From positions 14,238 through 78,237 of the forward strand of contig JAFYMF010000005.1 in NCBI GenBank assembly GCA_017556745.1: 64,000 nt of DNA, given 5' to 3'. Position 1 is the first letter of the stretch. Every line of letters starts with the position of its first letter. This document shows, piece after piece, positions 20,107 to 28,935 of this stretch. The notes beneath the pieces are model-generated. The model saw only the letters and a program-made list of their open reading frames with translations, searched no databases and had not been told where the DNA came from. The DNA is from Clostridia bacterium. Lineage in GTDB: Bacteria > Bacillota > Clostridia > Oscillospirales > CAG-272. Made by a program: the position numbers and the translations under genes.

Positions 20107-21318
20107 ATGTCGGATTTTTTCTCAAACATAACTAATGCCGTTAAGGATTTCGTGGGAACTACCGGAATTGCTCAGATGCTTGAAAACAATGCGGATATGA
20201 TAAAGACCCTTATAATGTACGTTATAATCGGTGCTCTTTTCTATCTTGCAATAGTTAAAAAATTTGAGCCCCTTCTTCTTGTTACCATCGCATTCGGTAT
20301 GCTTCTTGCTAACCTTCCCGGTGCAAATCTGTTCCATATGGATCTTTTCATAAGTGAGGAAAGTTCATCTCTTGACATCGTAAAGATCGTCAACGAGGGT
20401 GGTCTTATAGATCTGCTTTACCTCGGTGTTAAGCTTGGTATCTATCCTTCACTTATCTTCCTTGGTGTCGGTGCAATGACCGACTTCACTCCCCTTATTG
20501 CAAACCCCAAGAGCCTTCTTCTCGGTGCGGCGGCTCAGTTCGGCGTTTTTGCCGCATTTACCGGTGCTCTCCTTATCGGTTTCTTCCCTGAGGCAGCAGC
20601 CGCTATCGGTATAATCGGCGGTGCTGACGGTCCTACCGCTATTCTTGTTACCAAGATACTTGCTCCCGAGCTTCTCGGTGCAATTGCTATCGCGGCATAC
20701 AGCTACATGGCTCTTATACCTATAATTCAGCCTCCCTTTATGAAGCTCCTCACTTCCAAGAAAGAGAGAGCTATAGTAATGGGTAACCTTCGTCCTGTTT
20801 CTCAGACTGAGAAGGTTCTCTTCCCTATCGTTGTTACTCTCGTAGTCGTTCTTATCGTTCCCGATGCGGCACCTCTCGTAGGTATGCTCATGCTGGGTAA
20901 TCTGTTTAACGTCTGCGGTGTTACCGACAGACTTTCAAAAACCGCACAGAACGGCCTTATCAACGCAGTTACCATCTGCCTCGGCGTATCTGTCGGTGCT
21001 ACAGCAAAGGCTGACACCTTCCTTTCCGTTCCCACTCTTTCCATCGTATTTCTCGGTCTTGCGGCATTTATCCTTTCCACTGTCGGAGGACTCCTTTTCG
21101 GAAAGCTTATGTGCTTTATTACCCACGGTAAGATCAATCCCCTTATCGGTTCCGCCGGCGTTTCCGCAGTTCCCATGGCGGCTCGTGTATCTCAGGTAGT
21201 AGGACAGAAGGAGAATCCATCCAACTTCCTTCTCATGCACGCTATGGGTCCCAACGTTGCGGGTGTTATCGGCTCTGCAGTTGCAGCCGGTGTATTCCTT
21301 ACCAGATTTGCCGGTTAA
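20107..21318 (+). CDS. Sodium-ion-translocating decarboxylase beta subunit
   Basis: A 403-aa polytopic protein. [25 protein letters not shown] and [21 protein letters not shown] are typical of OadB/MmdB/GcdB. Confidence 0.9.
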   Translation: MSDFFSNITNAVKDFVGTTGIAQMLENNADMIKTLIMYVIIGALFYLAIVKKFEPLLLVTIAFGMLLANLPGANLFHMDLFISEESSSLDIVKIVNEGGLIDLLYLGVKLGIYPSLIFLGVGAMTDFTPLIANPKSLLLGAAAQFGVFAAFTGALLIGFFPEAAAAIGIIGGADGPTAILVTKILAPELLGAIAIAAYSYMALIPIIQPPFMKLLTSKKERAIVMGNLRPVSQTEKVLFPIVVTLVVVLIVPDAAPLVGMLMLGNLFNVCGVTDRLSKTAQNGLINAVTICLGVSVGATAKADTFLSVPTLSIVFLGLAAFILSTVGGLLFGKLMCFITHGKINPLIGSAGVSAVPMAARVSQVVGQKENPSNFLLMHAMGPNVAGVIGSAVAAGVFLTRFAG

Positions 21319-21342
21319 TTCAAACAGAAAGTGTAGAATATT

Positions 21343-22740
21343 ATGTCAAAAGTAAAAATAACAGAAACCGTGCTTCGTGACTCACATCAGTCACTGATAG
21401 CAACCAGAATGACTATCGACCAGATGATCCCGATCCTTGAGACTCTTGACAGCATAGGTTACCATTCTCTTGAGGCTTGGGGCGGTGCGACCTTTGACTC
21501 CTGTCTCCGCTTCCTTAACGAGGATCCCTGGCAGCGTCTCCGTATAATCCGTGACCATGTAAAGAACACCAAGCTTCAGATGCTTTTCCGTGGTCAGAAT
21601 ATTCTCGGATACCGTCACTATTCCGATGACGTTGTTGAGTATTTCGTGCAGAAGTGCGTTGCAAACGGTATTGATATTATCCGTATCTTCGATGCTCTCA
21701 ACGATCCCAGAAACCTTAAGACCGCTATAGATGCAACCAAGCGCGAGGGCGGACACGTTCAGGCCGCTATCAGCTATACCACCGGTCCCGTATACAGCAA
21801 CAAGTACTTTGCAGAGTATGCAAAGCAGCTTGAGGAAATGGGTGCTGACTCCATCTGTATCAAGGATATGTCCGGTCTTCTTAAGCCTTACGATGCATAC
21901 GATCTCGTTAAGGAGATCAAGAGCCGCGTAAGCCTTCCCGTTCAGCTTCATACTCACTATACCTCCGGTCTTGCTTCCATGACTCTCCTTAAGGCAATTG
22001 AGGCAGGCGTAGATATAGTTGATACTGCTATCTCCCCCATGGCTATGGGTACCTCTCAGCCCCCCACCGAGCCCCTTGTTGCTACTCTTGAGGGTACTGA
22101 GTACGATACCGGTCTTGATCTTAACAAGCTTGATGAGGTTTGTAAGTACTTCACTCCTCTCAAGGAAAAGTTCATGGCAGACGGTCTCCTTGACCCAAAG
22201 GTACTGAAGGTAGACATCAATGCTCTTCTCTATCAGGTTCCCGGTGGAATGCTCTCCAACCTTGTTTCTCAGCTTAAGCAGGCAGGCAAGAGTGATAAGC
22301 TTCTTGAGGTTCTTGCAGAGGTTCCGAAGGTTCGTGCTGATTCCGGTTATCCCCCTCTTGTTACTCCTTCCTCTCAGATTGTTGGTACTCAGGCAGTATT
22401 CAACATCATCGCAGGCGAGAGATACAAGATGGTTACCAAGGAGTTCAAGGGTCTTGTTCGCGGTGAGTACGGTAAGACTCCTGTTGATATCGATCCCGAA
22501 TTCCGTAAGAAGATCATTGGCGACGAGGAGGCTATTACCTGCCGTCCCGCTGATAATATTGCTCCAGAGCTTGATACTCTTCGTGAGAAAGCAAAGGGTT
22601 ATATGGAGCAGGACGAGGACGTACTTTCCTACGCACTCTTTGATCAGGTTGCCACCAAGTTCTTTGAGTGGCGCAGTGCACAGAAGTACAAGATCGACGC
22701 AGAAAACGCTGATCCCGATTCCAAGGTTCATCCCGTTTAA
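21343..22740 (+). CDS. Oxaloacetate decarboxylase alpha / pyruvate carboxyltransferase (5S type) lacking a biotinyl domain
   Basis: ITETVLRDSHQSL, LEAWGGATFD, IKDMSGLL and HTHYTSGLA indicate an HMGL-like TIM barrel, followed by a PYC_OADA region. The protein ends at 465 aa with no AMKM motif. Confidence 0.85.
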   Translation: MSKVKITETVLRDSHQSLIATRMTIDQMIPILETLDSIGYHSLEAWGGATFDSCLRFLNEDPWQRLRIIRDHVKNTKLQMLFRGQNILGYRHYSDDVVEYFVQKCVANGIDIIRIFDALNDPRNLKTAIDATKREGGHVQAAISYTTGPVYSNKYFAEYAKQLEEMGADSICIKDMSGLLKPYDAYDLVKEIKSRVSLPVQLHTHYTSGLASMTLLKAIEAGVDIVDTAISPMAMGTSQPPTEPLVATLEGTEYDTGLDLNKLDEVCKYFTPLKEKFMADGLLDPKVLKVDINALLYQVPGGMLSNLVSQLKQAGKSDKLLEVLAEVPKVRADSGYPPLVTPSSQIVGTQAVFNIIAGERYKMVTKEFKGLVRGEYGKTPVDIDPEFRKKIIGDEEAITCRPADNIAPELDTLREKAKGYMEQDEDVLSYALFDQVATKFFEWRSAQKYKIDAENADPDSKVHPV

Positions 22741-22762
22741 TAAACGAAGTCACAACAAAAAA

Positions 22763-22792
22763 AGAGGAACAGACAAAATTGTCTGTTCCTCT
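22763..22792. terminator. Bidirectional terminator between convergent operons
   Basis: agaggaacagac-aaaatt-gtctgttcctct is a 12-bp perfect stem with an A-run before and TTTT after. Confidence 0.85.
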
Positions 22793-22802
22793 TTTGCATT
22801 TG

Positions 22803-23870
22803 TTAAACTATTTCAAGAAAGTCTCTGTCAGGAAGTGCAGGATAATCGTCATCAAGATTATCGGAATACCAAAATGCAACGGAAGATATATCGTCCCTGA
22901 GAGGTAAATATCTCGCATCCTCACGTATACCGAGTGCCTGTATTGTAACACGTATATCAGAATCAAAATATATAGGATCTACTATATGCCAACGATAAAG
23001 ATTAAAACGTTGCTGAGACGAATACATTCCGTCAGGACGGGTTACCTTAGAAAGGCCCGCATAGGGTGTACAATATTCTACATATTTATTGTTGACATCA
23101 AAGTTATGAGACCCACAGAAATAATCCTCTGTCCCTGTACCGCATATTGTTGGGAAATCACGGTCACCGTCAAGGTAGAATTTTATTTCCCCCTCTCCCC
23201 ACCAACCGTTATTATTTGATCCCCAAAGCATATAAGTACCAACATACTGACCCTTGCCCTTTACATTGTCAAGAATAGTATAAACTTCCTTGTATGGAAC
23301 AGGATTTGTACGTCGAAACTGAGCATGTAAATAAGCAATATTGTCCGGCTGTTCGGTAAGAACATAGTCTATCTGGTAAAATACCATTATCTGCAAAGGA
23401 GAAATATTCTCTAAAGTGATCTTGAAATTTTTCTTGAAAGGCATGTCCCAGTAGCAATTAAATGCTCGGTTGGGATTAACGCAAACAGCGGCTGAAGTAA
23501 GCTGGCGGAAATCGTAGGGATCCGCACAGGCAAAAAAATCTCCGAATGGAACCTCCACCGATGGTTTATCACTGCCATCCCAATATATTCTAAGTATCAA
23601 TGAACGGTTAAGCCAACAGTTTTCTGTGATCCATATATGTCTGATAGACCCTTCACCGTCTATATCAGCCAATGTAAATGTCTCTCCTGCAGGAATATTC
23701 ACAGATGGTGATATCTTCCACCCTTGTCCAAGATCACGAGCGTTTACAGCACCTGTACCGTCGATAGCCATACCGCCCTTTCCTTTTTCACCGGTAAAAT
23801 TCTCTGCTGAAACAGAACGGCTCTTTGCATTAATAAGTCTCGAAAGATTGCTCATATTATCTGTAAACAT
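22803..23870 (-). CDS. DUF2961 / glycoside hydrolase family 172 protein, cytoplasmic
   Basis: SAENFTGEKGKGGMA...GWKISPSVNIPAGETFTLADIDGEGSIRHIWIT...LRIYWDG...VEVPFGDFF is the DUF2961 N-terminal signature. No signal peptide is present. An AGGAGG RBS precedes it, and only 51 nt separate it from the gene before, with no terminator. Confidence 0.8.
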   Translation of the reverse strand: MFTDNMSNLSRLINAKSRSVSAENFTGEKGKGGMAIDGTGAVNARDLGQGWKISPSVNIPAGETFTLADIDGEGSIRHIWITENCWLNRSLILRIYWDGSDKPSVEVPFGDFFACADPYDFRQLTSAAVCVNPNRAFNCYWDMPFKKNFKITLENISPLQIMVFYQIDYVLTEQPDNIAYLHAQFRRTNPVPYKEVYTILDNVKGKGQYVGTYMLWGSNNNGWWGEGEIKFYLDGDRDFPTICGTGTEDYFCGSHNFDVNNKYVEYCTPYAGLSKVTRPDGMYSSQQRFNLYRWHIVDPIYFDSDIRVTIQALGIREDARYLPLRDDISSVAFWYSDNLDDDYPALPDRDFLEIV

Positions 23871-23921
23871 CTAAATTTACCTCCTGTAGCGCGTTTGGTA
23901 ACATATATAAGGATATTAAAG

Positions 23922-24683
23922 TTACTGTTTAAATCTTGCTTTAGGATGGAAATCTCCGATCTCCCACCAATAATATCCCATACGGGAAAGAGCATATTCT
24001 CCACGTCTGATCATATCTACAAAATCAGCCATATCTTTCGCACGTCTGGGAAGGAAAACACCTCCGTATGGTTTTCCACCCTTATTATGATAGTCGGATC
24101 CGGTAATTGTCTTTATCTTATAGTGTTCTGCAAAATCAAGAGCCATATCATTACTGTATCTGTCGTTACTACCGTAATTAATACTTTCGATACCATCAAA
24201 CTTATCAGGATCGTAAGGTTCATCCTCTTTATTGTAAAGGTGATCCGGAAGAACGGTCATCCACATTCTGTACGGATGTGCGTGAAAAATAACACCGCCG
24301 TGGGAATGTACTATTTTTATTACGTCTTCAATCTTGCCGTATCCGAAATAAGGACCAAGGTCGAGAAGCATCTCCTTTGTCACTCCGTATATCAGATAAT
24401 CGTTGGAACAGCCCTTCATTGCAAGTTCCATACCGCAGAAAATATCAAGCTTATCTCCTGCAGCTTCTTTAAGACGTCTGTAACCGTTAAGATAGTATTC
24501 CGCAAGTTCTTCTGCATTTTTTTCGGTAAGTCCGCGATTCTTAAAAACACCGGGATTCCAGTGATTGGTGAGGTTGATTCCGGTATAGCCCTTTTCAAGA
24601 AATCTTTCAACAAGCTGTTCTGCAGTAGCAGAGGCACAGGGACTTACATCGACAGAGTGAACGTGCATTTCATACTTAAACAT
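23922..24683 (-). CDS. PHP-like metal-dependent phosphoesterase, type A (intact motifs), copy 1
   Basis: MFKYEMHVHSVDVSPCA gives HxH, followed by LTNHW, GMELA, FHAHPY, DGIESINY and TGSDYH. I chose the ATG at 24683, which has an AGGAGGTGA RBS. The track start at 24695 is a GTG. Confidence 0.7.
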   Translation of the reverse strand: MFKYEMHVHSVDVSPCASATAEQLVERFLEKGYTGINLTNHWNPGVFKNRGLTEKNAEELAEYYLNGYRRLKEAAGDKLDIFCGMELAMKGCSNDYLIYGVTKEMLLDLGPYFGYGKIEDVIKIVHSHGGVIFHAHPYRMWMTVLPDHLYNKEDEPYDPDKFDGIESINYGSNDRYSNDMALDFAEHYKIKTITGSDYHNKGGKPYGGVFLPRRAKDMADFVDMIRRGEYALSRMGYYWWEIGDFHPKARFKQ

Positions 24684-25416
24684 TTTGGATCTCACCTCCT
24701 GAGATCAGCTTATACTCTTCGTTGCTCAATATTTTCACAAGGTCGGAGTTGTCTTTAATTTTTTCTTCAGTAGCAATGCCACCTGCTATTCTGTCACCGA
24801 CACTTGAATATCCGGAACCGGAAATAGTAGGAGTATTATAATCTCTAGCCCATTTTTTTGTAAGAAAATGGTTTGCCTTTTCCTCATCCTTGGCAATATA
24901 AACCTCCATACCGTCAATTCGCTGTTCGAGAGGTCGTACCGCCGGTCTTAACTGATATACCTCTTCCACAACGCGGCTGTAAGGCATAAAAGGATGAGCC
25001 TGATAAATAAGCACGTCTCCAAGAGCATGTATGCGGGCAAAAATATCAGGAATCTTTTTCAACGAATATATACCGCTTAAATCAAACTCTGCAAGTTTCT
25101 CGGGGGTAAGACCGTAAACAAGATATTCATTAGTGCAGTGCTTAAATGTTACTTCTGCGCCAAGGAACACGTCAAGCTCTTTTCCTGCAACGTTCTTTAA
25201 CTTATAGTATCCCTCCAGATACTCCTCAGTTAACTGCTTCGGACTTTTATAAATATAATCACTTCTCTTAAAAGGTTGATAACCCCATGGATTGGTAAGT
25301 ACAATACCACTATAACCGGCTTTCAAATAATTCTCTACTACCTCCTCGGCAGAAGGAGCGTCAGAATATTTGGGAGCAAAGTCTTTGGTACTCAGATGTA
25401 ACTCGTACTTATACAT
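24676..25416 (-). CDS. PHP-like paralog, type B (degenerate metal site), copy 1
   Basis: It is homologous to type A, with the same MYKY start, LTNPW, GAE, DGMEVY and SGSG positions. However HxH is HLS, NH is NP and DxH is GYS. Its stop overlaps the A1 start by 8 nt (AATGTTTAA). Confidence 0.65.
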   Translation of the reverse strand: MYKYELHLSTKDFAPKYSDAPSAEEVVENYLKAGYSGIVLTNPWGYQPFKRSDYIYKSPKQLTEEYLEGYYKLKNVAGKELDVFLGAEVTFKHCTNEYLVYGLTPEKLAEFDLSGIYSLKKIPDIFARIHALGDVLIYQAHPFMPYSRVVEEVYQLRPAVRPLEQRIDGMEVYIAKDEEKANHFLTKKWARDYNTPTISGSGYSSVGDRIAGGIATEEKIKDNSDLVKILSNEEYKLISGGEIQNV

Positions 25417-25420
25417 TATT

Positions 25421-26188
25421 TTACCTCTTATCGGTCATAAATCTGTATTTCGGGTGTAACTCACCCATGATCGGTGAGTAGTCATCGGGGAGAACTAAGG
25501 CATAACGGTCATTTTGAAGAATATCTATCAGCTCAGCTGAGTTATGGATAATCTGCTCGGTGTAGATTCCACCCATATAACGTCTCTCACTGCCGTGATA
25601 GTCCGAACCCGTTATAGTCTTTAATTTATACGTCTCTGCCCAAAGCAAAGCTGTATCATTTGAAAAATAGTCGTCGTTACTGTAATTTACCGCTTCAATA
25701 CCGTCAACCTTATTACGTATTATACCGTCATCTTGAGTTCTAAAAATATCGGGACCCGTTACGTTAAGCCATGAACGAAATGGGTGAGAACGGTATATAA
25801 GACATCCGTGGTCGTGCGCGACCTCGGCAAGCTCCCCCGGAGAAAGCTTATAAAAATTTTTTCCCAGATCTATTAAAAAATCGCGGTCGATATTATACAC
25901 AAGATATTCGTTAGGCTCTAAGTCGATCTCAACGCCGCAGAAAACTGATAATTCATCGCCTGAAGCTTCACAGAGTCTCTTATAGCTATCCATAAAGAAA
26001 TCTGCCTGTTCCCCGATACTCTTTCCCTCGAGATTCATACAGTGAATTACTTCCCTGCTCCAGTGGTTGGTAATATTCACACCCGTATACCCAAAATCAC
26101 GGTATACCTGAGCAACCTGCTCGTGAGTTGCATCAGCGCATGGACTTACGTCTGCAGTATGAAGGTGCATCTCATATTTATACATCAT
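25421..26188 (-). CDS. PHP-like metal-dependent phosphoesterase, type A, copy 2
   Basis: MMYKYEMHLHTADVSPCA, ITNHW, GVEIDL, YRSHPF, DGIEAVNY, TGSDYH and a C-terminal HPKYRF. Confidence 0.7.
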   Translation of the reverse strand: MMYKYEMHLHTADVSPCADATHEQVAQVYRDFGYTGVNITNHWSREVIHCMNLEGKSIGEQADFFMDSYKRLCEASGDELSVFCGVEIDLEPNEYLVYNIDRDFLIDLGKNFYKLSPGELAEVAHDHGCLIYRSHPFRSWLNVTGPDIFRTQDDGIIRNKVDGIEAVNYSNDDYFSNDTALLWAETYKLKTITGSDYHGSERRYMGGIYTEQIIHNSAELIDILQNDRYALVLPDDYSPIMGELHPKYRFMTDKR

Positions 26189-26901
26189 ACTTCCTCCCCT
26201 TTGCAGATACTGTAGTCTCTGCTTTTTAAAACAGTCAACAGATCATCATTTGACAAAATCGGAGATTTTGTTATTATTCCACCACCAACATTTTCACCGC
26301 TGTGTGAAAGATCTGAACCGGAAATACCTCCTACACCGTAATACTCTGCCCTTGCCTGTGCAAAAGGATTACTGCACACATCAGCTTTACAGTGATTATA
26401 CACCTCAAGACCGTCTATGGTACGTAACGGATGTTTATCCTTTCCGTTAAGGTCAATTATTACAGAACCATTTGCGAAAGGCACCGCTTGATAGACAAGT
26501 ATATCTCCGCTGGAATGCAAATTGGTTATAAAATCGGTAAACCACATTGCATCGGAAATCGTTCTGTCATACTCGAGTATAAACTTGGGAGTCAAACCGT
26601 ATATCAAAAACTCACCCGAGGCACTCGGTACCGACATCTCAGCACCAAGAAGAACAACAAGGTCATTTCCGGCAACACTTCTAAGCTTTTCATATGCTGA
26701 AATAAATTCTTCACCAAGGGTTCTCATACTCTTTCCCGCATGCTGCTCATCGCTGAAAACTTTATTCCCCCAAGGATTGGTAAGAACGATTCCGCTATAA
26801 CCTGCTTCAATATGTGCAACAACAGTTTCCTCAGCAGAAATACTTGATCGTCCGCTATATGTAAAATCTGACGTAAGAGCATGAAGATCGTATTTATACA
26901 T
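26185..26901 (-). CDS. PHP-like paralog, type B (degenerate), copy 2
   Basis: MYKYDLHALT (second His lost), LTNPW, GAEMS, YQAVPF (His lost), DGLEVYN and SGSDLSH. Its stop overlaps the A2 start as ATGA. Confidence 0.65.
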   Translation of the reverse strand: MYKYDLHALTSDFTYSGRSSISAEETVVAHIEAGYSGIVLTNPWGNKVFSDEQHAGKSMRTLGEEFISAYEKLRSVAGNDLVVLLGAEMSVPSASGEFLIYGLTPKFILEYDRTISDAMWFTDFITNLHSSGDILVYQAVPFANGSVIIDLNGKDKHPLRTIDGLEVYNHCKADVCSNPFAQARAEYYGVGGISGSDLSHSGENVGGGIITKSPILSNDDLLTVLKSRDYSICKGEEV

Positions 26902-26906
26902 TGATT

Positions 26907-27680
26907 TTACCTCTTTATGCTCGTAAATCGGTATTTCGGATGCATTTCGCTGACACCTGCAACCGGTCCGTCAGGAAGAGATAATGCATATTGTTTATTA
27001 TTAAGCACATCTATCAGCTCTGATTGTGAGTTGATAGGTTTCTCGGTATATATTCCACCCCAGGGATTATTCCACTCTCCATGATAGTCTGAGCCGGTTA
27101 TGGTTCTTAAATCATGCTCCTTTGCCCAGTTAAGAGCCATATCATCTGTATAATGATCACCGTGGCTGTAATTTATCGCCTCTATTCCGTCAACCTTATC
27201 CCGTGACATAGCTTCATCCACATGACGGAATATATCTGTGGGAAGAATCGTAAGTCCGTCTCTGAATGGATGTGACTGATATATCAGGCATCCATGATCG
27301 TGAGCAATACGTGTAAGTTCTTCCTGAGTAAGCTTATAGAAGGACATACCCAAATCTAATATAAAATCTCTGTCGATATTATAAATAAGGAACTCACAGT
27401 ATGCGGGTTGGTCTATCTGAACCTCAACACCGCAGAAAACAGAGAGCTTTCCCTCGGCAGCTTCCTTCATTTTCAGATATCCGTTCATAAAGAAATCAGC
27501 CCTCTCCTGTAGGTTAAATCCTTCAACATTCATATAATGCAGAACTTCTCTGCTCCAATGATTTGTAACATTTACTCCTGTGTATCCTTTCTCGCAGTAA
27601 GCATTAACTACTTGCTCCGGAGTAGCTTGCGCACAAGGACTTACATCGGCAGTATGAAGGTGCATCTCGTATTTATACAT
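26907..27680 (-). CDS. PHP-like metal-dependent phosphoesterase, type A, copy 3
   Basis: MYKYEMHLHTADVSPCA, VTNHW, GVEVQI, YQSHPF, DGIEAINY, TGSDYH and HPKYRF. I chose the ATG at 27680, which has a GGTGAGGA RBS. The track start at 27695 is a GTG. Confidence 0.7.
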   Translation of the reverse strand: MYKYEMHLHTADVSPCAQATPEQVVNAYCEKGYTGVNVTNHWSREVLHYMNVEGFNLQERADFFMNGYLKMKEAAEGKLSVFCGVEVQIDQPAYCEFLIYNIDRDFILDLGMSFYKLTQEELTRIAHDHGCLIYQSHPFRDGLTILPTDIFRHVDEAMSRDKVDGIEAINYSHGDHYTDDMALNWAKEHDLRTITGSDYHGEWNNPWGGIYTEKPINSQSELIDVLNNKQYALSLPDGPVAGVSEMHPKYRFTSIKR

Positions 27681-28389
27681 TTTTATTTTCCTCACCTACA
27701 AGAATATATTTTCTGTTTTTCAAAACAGATACAAGGTCAGCATTTGAAGTTATAGGCTTTTCAGTAAGAATTCCGCCGCAAACGCTTCCGCCACGGTAAG
27801 AAAGATCGGAGCCGGACACTGCACCCACGTTATAATGCTCAGCACGTGCCGCGGCAAAGTGATTACAACACACATCCGCTCTGCGATGGTTATAGACCTC
27901 AAGGCCATCTGCCATGCGTTCCGGATGTTCTTCTGAAAAATCAACGACAACCGACCACGGTGCAAAGGGAGATGCTTGATATACTAACACGTCTCCCTTA
28001 GAATGAACATATGATGCAAAATCGGAAAACCAATCCTTATCTGCGCGGTGCGGTTCATACTCAAGTAAAAACTCCGGTGTAATACCGTATAAAAGGAAAT
28101 TACCGTTAGCACACTCTACCGTCGCCTCTGCTCCTAAAAATATATCCAGAGCATTTCCTGCAGCAGTCTTTATCTTTTCGTATGCGGCAAGGAATTCCTC
28201 TGCCAATTGCTTTACATCCTTACCATCGTGAGATGGGTCACTAAATATCTTTTTTCCCCAAGGATTGGTAAGCACCATTCCGCGGTATCCTGCGAGGATA
28301 TGTACCTCGACAGTCTCTTCCGCGGAAATATCAGAGCGGCCGTTGTATGTAAAATCTGCTGTTAATGAATGAAGATCGTATTTGTACAT
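27673..28389 (-). CDS. PHP-like paralog, type B (degenerate), copy 3
   Basis: MYKYDLHSLT, LTNPW, GAEATV, YQASPF, DGLEVYN and SGSDLSY. I chose the ATG at 28389, which follows an AGGTGA RBS just after the ygjP-like stop. Its own stop overlaps the A3 start by 8 nt (AATGTATAA). Confidence 0.65.
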   Translation of the reverse strand: MYKYDLHSLTADFTYNGRSDISAEETVEVHILAGYRGMVLTNPWGKKIFSDPSHDGKDVKQLAEEFLAAYEKIKTAAGNALDIFLGAEATVECANGNFLLYGITPEFLLEYEPHRADKDWFSDFASYVHSKGDVLVYQASPFAPWSVVVDFSEEHPERMADGLEVYNHRRADVCCNHFAAARAEHYNVGAVSGSDLSYRGGSVCGGILTEKPITSNADLVSVLKNRKYILVGEENKNV

Positions 28390-28398
28390 AATTTTCAC

Positions 28399-28926
28399 CT
28401 ATTTATTTCTGAGCGAATATTGTAATACCTTATAATTCGGGAGATAATTCTCTATCAAACTATAAAAACGATTACCGTGATTTTTCTCTTTTATATGTGC
28501 TAGCTCATGGACGATAATATAATCTATCTCATCTGCCGTCAAACGCATAGTAAAGCATGAGAAGTTTAATCCATTCTTCGGACTGCAACTACCGTATCTG
28601 GTACGAGCACGGGTTATTCTGATACCTGTATAGGTAAGTCCCATTACCTTTGACCAATACTCAACCCGTGACGGAATATATTTCTTGGCGGTCTCTGTCA
28701 ACGCTTTTATATCGCCGTCGTCACCGACTGCAAAAATATCACGTCTTTCTGAAATTTGCTTTAATTTTTTTAAAACCCAATCGTTGTGCTTTTCTATGAA
28801 AGAAATGACATCTCCATCTCTTGCCCTTTGCGGTACACGTACTTTAACGGCACCGTCTCTTGTTACCTCAAGAGAATAGCTTTTGCGCTTTGAACGAATA
28901 ACGGTATAATCAAAGTTAAATTTCAT
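28399..28926 (-). CDS. YgjP-like (DUF45 / SprT-like) zinc metallohydrolase
   Basis: YTVIRSKRKSYSLEVTRDGAVKVRVP at the N-terminus and HELAHIKEKNHGNRFY (HExxH) at the C-terminus. Length is 175 aa. Confidence 0.8.
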   Translation of the reverse strand: MKFNFDYTVIRSKRKSYSLEVTRDGAVKVRVPQRARDGDVISFIEKHNDWVLKKLKQISERRDIFAVGDDGDIKALTETAKKYIPSRVEYWSKVMGLTYTGIRITRARTRYGSCSPKNGLNFSCFTMRLTADEIDYIIVHELAHIKEKNHGNRFYSLIENYLPNYKVLQYSLRNK

Positions 28927-28935
28927 ATTATCTGC

